64,000 nucleotides of DNA from a virus. Positions 59,164-64,000 of the stretch are shown one piece after another. A program made the translations under genes and the position numbers. The number at the start of each line of letters is the position of its first letter. The first letter of the stretch is position 1. The DNA is taken from IMG/VR virus record IMGVR_UViG_3300035698_017437, positions 64,001-128,000 of that record. One strand, written 5' to 3'. Under the pieces are notes generated by a model. It ran no database searches, was not told the DNA's origin, and was given only the letters and a program-made list of their open reading frames with translations.

Positions 59164-59744
59164 TAGTATTGACTCCTGGAGTCTCGCCACACTGCTTTAG
59201 ATGATGCTCCAACGAATTTAGCCGAAGGAAGTAATATAGCATGAGGCCATTTTTTAGGTCTTATAATATTTATTTTAGATTTTACATGATTACTCAAATA
59301 TCTATGTATACATGGACGAAAATATTTATATTTTGATGCCGCATTCAAAATCTGATAACTCAATTTCAATTTTGTAGTTTGATCAAATTTCACATTATTT
59401 ATTACTTCCATCAATCTACCCAAAAGGGTTGCTCTCAGAGCAGGTGGCAAATAATGTAAATTGATTCCCAACCAACCATCCTTATATATGTCAATAACTA
59501 TTATCAATGGATATCTATCATAATAGTCCAGTGTTTTTTTATGTTTAGGATCATAAACGAAGAAAGCCATTTTACCAATATCAATTTGTCCATTTCTTTG
59601 GCGAAGATCTGAAGTTGTTCCACCTGGTTTATCGCCTAAAGATTTGAATTCTTCTTTGAACCATTTCCTGGCATCCCTAATTTCCTCAGATTTATATTTT
59701 TTGCTTTCTACACCGAAAGAGGTTTTCTTATTTTTTTGTGCCAT
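59163..59744 (-). CDS. 2: DNA end protector gp2
   Basis: G.M..F.YDPK.K..L.YYD.YPL, GINLHYLPP..R, PC...YL. Confidence 0.93.
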   Translation of the reverse strand: MAQKNKKTSFGVESKKYKSEEIRDARKWFKEEFKSLGDKPGGTTSDLRQRNGQIDIGKMAFFVYDPKHKKTLDYYDRYPLIIVIDIYKDGWLGINLHYLPPALRATLLGRLMEVINNVKFDQTTKLKLSYQILNAASKYKYFRPCIHRYLSNHVKSKINIIRPKKWPHAILLPSAKFVGASSKAVWRDSRSQY

Positions 59745-60324
59745 AATATCTCCGCTTTAGTTTTCTAGGCGCTTTTTTCTTCACAGGTTTTTTTCTCTTT
59801 CCTAAAGGTTTTCTTTTCAAAGGGAGAATTATTTTTATACCTAATTTTTTCAATGTATGTTCTGTCCAGATCTGAAACTCACAATCTTTCTTTTCAGCAT
59901 ATTTTATAGCAGAAGACCATTTATCTCTATTACATCTAAATGTTATAATTGCTCTATACTTCTTTTGGACTATAGGATGATAATAAGCTTTTGAAGATTC
60001 ATTCAAAACTCCAGCTAACTCTTCCATCTTTTTATTGAATTTAGGTGGTGCCACCGTCTCCTTATGTGGCTTGACTTCAATCATTATTTTCTTACCATCC
60101 GCAAACTCAACATAAAAATCAACAAAATATCTTCTATTCTTCATTTTGAGAGTATCAAAATATGGAACTACAACACATTCCGAAGACCACCGAACAACAT
60201 TGGGATTCTTATCAAAAGCTTTACATACTGCCTTTTCCCATGTTGATCGTGTTATAATATTCCCTATATTAGGTCCACAATATTTAGCAGGATTTTTAGG
60301 AGCAAATTTTGATTTATATGCCAA
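59728..60324 (-). CDS. 4: head completion nuclease gp4
   Basis: YK..F.PKNP.KY.G, RS.WE, WSSE, RYFVDF, IEVKP..ET.PP. Confidence 0.93.
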   Translation of the reverse strand: MAYKSKFAPKNPAKYCGPNIGNIITRSTWEKAVCKAFDKNPNVVRWSSECVVVPYFDTLKMKNRRYFVDFYVEFADGKKIMIEVKPHKETVAPPKFNKKMEELAGVLNESSKAYYHPIVQKKYRAIITFRCNRDKWSSAIKYAEKKDCEFQIWTEHTLKKLGIKIILPLKRKPLGKRKKPVKKKAPRKLKRRYYGTKK

Positions 60325-60402
60325 GTGTATTGTCCTCTTGTGAAATGTTAATAAATAACTGTAATATAATAGTATTTATAACAAAGCTAAGGATATATAA
60401 TA

Positions 60403-61104
60403 ATGACAATAAATGTTTATACAGGTAAGGATACACTTCCTCATTGTATTTTGATACCAAGTGAGGGACAAGATATCATTATTCATATGCCTATTTCAAT
60501 AAACAGCACTATGATGCCTCAATGGGCAGGAGCAGAATTGGGTTGGGTTGGAAACGAAATGAATAAAGCAAGTAATTCCAGCGAACAAGCCGAAGCAGAC
60601 GCTTTGAAAAAGTTTGCCGCTTCAGGTATGGGAAGATTTGGAGCAAATATGAAAATTGCTGCTGCCAAAGGAGTTGGAGTAAATGAGGCAAGACAATTTA
60701 TAAACAAATCTATATTGAATCCATTCAAAGAAATGTTATTCCAAGGAATTGATTTTAGATCATTCTCCCTGTCATGGAATCTAAAACCAAAAAGTAAAGA
60801 AGAAAGTGATGCTATTCAAAAAGCTGTACATCAAATTCAATTGAATTCTTTACCTTCTATTTTTGATGGAGGAACTGGTGGAACAATAAAATATCCTGGA
60901 ACATGGGATATTTGTTTTGAACCTTCTGAAGATTTTCTACCAACATTCCTGAATAGTGTATGTGTAAATATATCTGTTGATTATGGCGGAGGGGAATTAC
61001 AATTTCATGAAGGAAATGCTCCTGTTGAAGTTGCTATAACTCTAAATTTTCAAGAGACTGAAATTCTATCTAAAGAAACTTTAGATGCTGGACATTGGGG
61101 TTAA
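60403..61104 (+). CDS. 48: baseplate tail-tube cap gp48
   Basis: NP..EMLFQG..FRSF.....L.PKS..E, YP, V.Y, L.F.E.E. Confidence 0.85.
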   Translation: MTINVYTGKDTLPHCILIPSEGQDIIIHMPISINSTMMPQWAGAELGWVGNEMNKASNSSEQAEADALKKFAASGMGRFGANMKIAAAKGVGVNEARQFINKSILNPFKEMLFQGIDFRSFSLSWNLKPKSKEESDAIQKAVHQIQLNSLPSIFDGGTGGTIKYPGTWDICFEPSEDFLPTFLNSVCVNISVDYGGGELQFHEGNAPVEVAITLNFQETEILSKETLDAGHWG

Positions 61105-61107
61105 ATA

Positions 61108-61710
61108 ATGGATAATAAAATAACAAAAAGTTTTCCCAATAGAAATAAATTCTATTTTTACGGAGTTGAAAATATTGATTACAACTTTAGAGGAGATAGA
61201 GATAAAGATTATATTATCACAATAAAAAATATTCTCCATAGATTTGATTTCTTGAATAACGTAAAAAACTCTGTTGCTGGTTGGAATGAATGGATAATCA
61301 AAGATGGAGAAACTCCCGAATCTATTGCTAAGGATCTTTATAAAACTCCACATCTTTATTGGATTGTTATTGTATTGAATGATATCATTGATCCTTTATT
61401 CTCATGGCCTTTGACCGATACTCAATTATTTTATTATATAACTGAGATTTATGGTTCAGATAAAAGAGAAGATATTCATCATTATGAAGCTGATGAGGAT
61501 GGCAATGTAAATGCTTATCCTGAAGGAACTATTGTAGATTCTTCCTATCCTTATAACATCTTATCTATATCCAATTATGAATATGAAAGACGTTTGAATG
61601 AATCAAAGAGAAATATAAAATTATTGAGACCAGAAGTTTTAGGATCAGTATTATATGAATTTTATTCTATCCAAAAAAGCAATTTTAGAAATGTGACGAG
61701 GAACATCTAA
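61108..61710 (+). CDS. 53: baseplate wedge gp53
   Basis: I.DGETPE.IA..LY.....YW.....N.I.DP...WP, HHYE, NE.KR.IKLL. Confidence 0.9.
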   Translation: MDNKITKSFPNRNKFYFYGVENIDYNFRGDRDKDYIITIKNILHRFDFLNNVKNSVAGWNEWIIKDGETPESIAKDLYKTPHLYWIVIVLNDIIDPLFSWPLTDTQLFYYITEIYGSDKREDIHHYEADEDGNVNAYPEGTIVDSSYPYNILSISNYEYERRLNESKRNIKLLRPEVLGSVLYEFYSIQKSNFRNVTRNI

Positions 61711-63158
61711 TGGCCTGGAGTAACAAAAAAGAAGACAGAATACCAGGCGCTTATGAACTCCAAAGACTGCTTTATATTGGAATGTATGGTGAAGTTGATC
61801 TATCATTCATGTTTTCAGAAATAAACATATATGAAGATTTATTCAATAATTGTATTACAGGAAGTATTACACTAATTGATACCTATAATCTCATTTCCAA
61901 CTTGCCTATAGTTGAAGGCGATATGGTAGAAATGTCTATGACTCTCAATATGGATGATATAGTAGCTAATGATGCTGACCAAAAAGGCGAGCTAGATCTT
62001 GTGATGGAAGTAATAAAAATAGCAGACAAAACGCTTATAGGAAAAGATCAATTAGCATATACATTGATGTTGAGTTCCTCCGGTTGGAGTGATAACACTT
62101 GTCAAAGAATTTCAAAATCTTTTTATATGAAACCTTATTCTGATATGGTTCAACAAATTTTTGATGAATCTTTTCAAACTGGAGGTATTCAAGGAAAACT
62201 TCCATTATGGCCGATTGAAGTAGAACCAACAGATGGAGAATATTGTACAGTTATTCCCTCCTGGCATCCTCTTCAATGTTTCAATTGGTTAGCTTCAAGA
62301 TCCACAGATGGTAAAGATGTTGCTAATTGGAGATTTTATCAAGATATAGACAGTTATAGATTCAAATCAATAAACTCTTTGATGGCAGAACCAGAAAAGG
62401 GAGAACATTGGACACCTATTGTAAATATAACATCCGAAGGTCAAAAAGGAAATGTAGCTTTGAATCCTTTAGAACCTTATCTTACATTCCATAAAGTATC
62501 TTTCAAGGATTCTACTGATGTGTTGAGAAGTAACCTTAATGGTATGTTCGGTAATAATATGGTAGAATATAATCTATATGATAAAATGCACAAAGAATGG
62601 AAAGATGATATAGGAGATACAGCACCAAATTATCTAGCTGATAAAGATTTTGATTATATAGAAAATTTCAAAGCTTTAGAACATTGTGATGGTGGAGGAG
62701 AACCTGTAGTGGAATTAGGAGCAAATGATAAATTTGTATATGGTCCAGGTCAATCAAAAAAAACTTGCGTGATAAAGCATGAAACTATGTTTGATGGACA
62801 AAAAACATATGATCATGAAAAATGGATGAGACAAAGAACTTCACAGATGGAAGCTTTGAAATATATTGTATTGTCTGCTGATGGAATAGGAAATTTTGAT
62901 AGAACTGTAGGAGATATGATATTATTAAATTTACATTCACCTCAATGGAATGCTGATTTTGATGCCAAAGAAGATTCTTTATATTCAGGTAGATATCTCA
63001 TAACAGCATTGAGAAGAAGATTTACTCCTGATGTCCATAGTATGACTGTAGAATTAGTAAAAGATGATTGGAATAAAAAAGAAGTTGATCATATTTGGGA
63101 AGATTCTATTCTAAAAGAATCTTTATATCCTAGTGCTGGGGTTTATAATGGAAAGTGA
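61710..63158 (+). CDS. baseplate hub protein (gp27-like)
   Basis: INIYEDLF...ITG...L.D, YSGRYLI; lies between gp53 and gp5. Confidence 0.75.
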   Translation: MAWSNKKEDRIPGAYELQRLLYIGMYGEVDLSFMFSEINIYEDLFNNCITGSITLIDTYNLISNLPIVEGDMVEMSMTLNMDDIVANDADQKGELDLVMEVIKIADKTLIGKDQLAYTLMLSSSGWSDNTCQRISKSFYMKPYSDMVQQIFDESFQTGGIQGKLPLWPIEVEPTDGEYCTVIPSWHPLQCFNWLASRSTDGKDVANWRFYQDIDSYRFKSINSLMAEPEKGEHWTPIVNITSEGQKGNVALNPLEPYLTFHKVSFKDSTDVLRSNLNGMFGNNMVEYNLYDKMHKEWKDDIGDTAPNYLADKDFDYIENFKALEHCDGGGEPVVELGANDKFVYGPGQSKKTCVIKHETMFDGQKTYDHEKWMRQRTSQMEALKYIVLSADGIGNFDRTVGDMILLNLHSPQWNADFDAKEDSLYSGRYLITALRRRFTPDVHSMTVELVKDDWNKKEVDHIWEDSILKESLYPSAGVYNGK

Positions 63159-64000
63159 AAAACAATTTATTGGTCAAGATGGTATGTTATGGTTCATAGG
63201 AACTGTTGAAGATATAAATGATCCTGAAATGCTTGGTAGAGTCAGAGTCCGAGTCATTGGAGTACATACTCAAAAGAAAAGTGATATACCAACTGAAGAA
63301 TTGCCTTGGGCAATGCCTATTCAATCCTCTGATTCTGCTTCAATGAATGGAATCGGAAATTCTCCAACAGGATTAGTTCAAGGATCTGTTGTATTAGGGT
63401 TTTGGTTAGATTCTGCTGACATGCAACAACCAGCAATTTTAGGTTCATTGGGCGGTATTCCTATGGTATTACCTGATGGTGAGATAGGATTCAATGATCC
63501 AGATGAATGTTATCCTATTGAATCAAGATTAGAAGAACCTGATACAAGTAGATTAGCAAGAGGAGATAAACCTCATCCAGGTACAGATTGGAGAATTGAT
63601 AATGTGAAAACAGGATTATCTACATGTAATGGATCATGGAGCGAACCAGAATCTCCTTATGCTACTGAATATCCTTGGAATCAAGTAAGAGAATTCAAAT
63701 GGAATGAAGCTTGTGTTGGTAGAGATTGGGGACATTTTGAAGAATGGGATTCAACTCCGGATGCTGAACGTTATTGTAGGATGCATTACCCATCAAATAA
63801 TTTTCTTGAGATTCATCCTGATGGAAAGGAAGTCCGTAAAATCACAGGAGACAATTTTGAATTAGATCTTGAGAATAAACATTTATATGTTGCTGGTGAT
63901 TATAAAGTAACTGTTGATGGAGATAGAGATGAACATATAACAGGTGATTATTGTCTCCATGTTGAAGGTAATTATTCTCAATATATTGATGGACACAAAT
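63148..64000 (+). CDS. 5: baseplate central spike gp5, 3'-truncated by the window (not in ORF track)
   Basis: WFIGTVEDINDP..LGRVRVR..G.H, LPWA OB-fold, then YPWNQV...GH..E.D.TP..ER. Confidence 0.92.
   Translation, partial: MESEKQFIGQDGMLWFIGTVEDINDPEMLGRVRVRVIGVHTQKKSDIPTEELPWAMPIQSSDSASMNGIGNSPTGLVQGSVVLGFWLDSADMQQPAILGSLGGIPMVLPDGEIGFNDPDECYPIESRLEEPDTSRLARGDKPHPGTDWRIDNVKTGLSTCNGSWSEPESPYATEYPWNQVREFKWNEACVGRDWGHFEEWDSTPDAERYCRMHYPSNNFLEIHPDGKEVRKITGDNFELDLENKHLYVAGDYKVTVDGDRDEHITGDYCLHVEGNYSQYIDGHK

Noticed and set aside
1-64000. Stop-codon reassignment
   Set aside because: Conserved genes are full length in the standard code and end in TAA, TGA and TAG; no suppressor tRNA was found

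Overview
AT-rich segment of a large T4-like myovirus genome. The right end carries T4-type core genes: gp33, gp59, gp32, a gp29-like tape measure/hub protein, gp51, gp26, gp54, gp2, gp4, gp48, gp53, a gp27-like hub and gp5. The left and middle are an accessory region driven by about 20 near-identical sigma70 early promoter/leader cassettes. That region holds ThyX, a class II ribonucleotide reductase fractured by a split intein, an RNase H gene cut in two by an antisense GIY-YIG endonuclease, RNA-repair enzymes (Rnl2-type ligase, RtcB), a restriction-modification pair, a frameshifted glycosyltransferase, a nucleotidyltransferase/cytidylyltransferase/kinase cluster and 13 tRNAs. Several structured non-tRNA RNAs are also present, including a 6S-like RNA, a giant cloverleaf and a ~300-nt RNA next to a coiled-coil gene. 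Small genes missed or mis-started by the ORF track include ArfA-like, Hc1-like, lasso-leader and gp51 ORFs. Host-like genes (PEP-CTERM, ExtJ-like and others) suggest a Desulfobacterota host, by inference. All calls come from motif recognition and manual base-pairing; no searches or folding programs were run.
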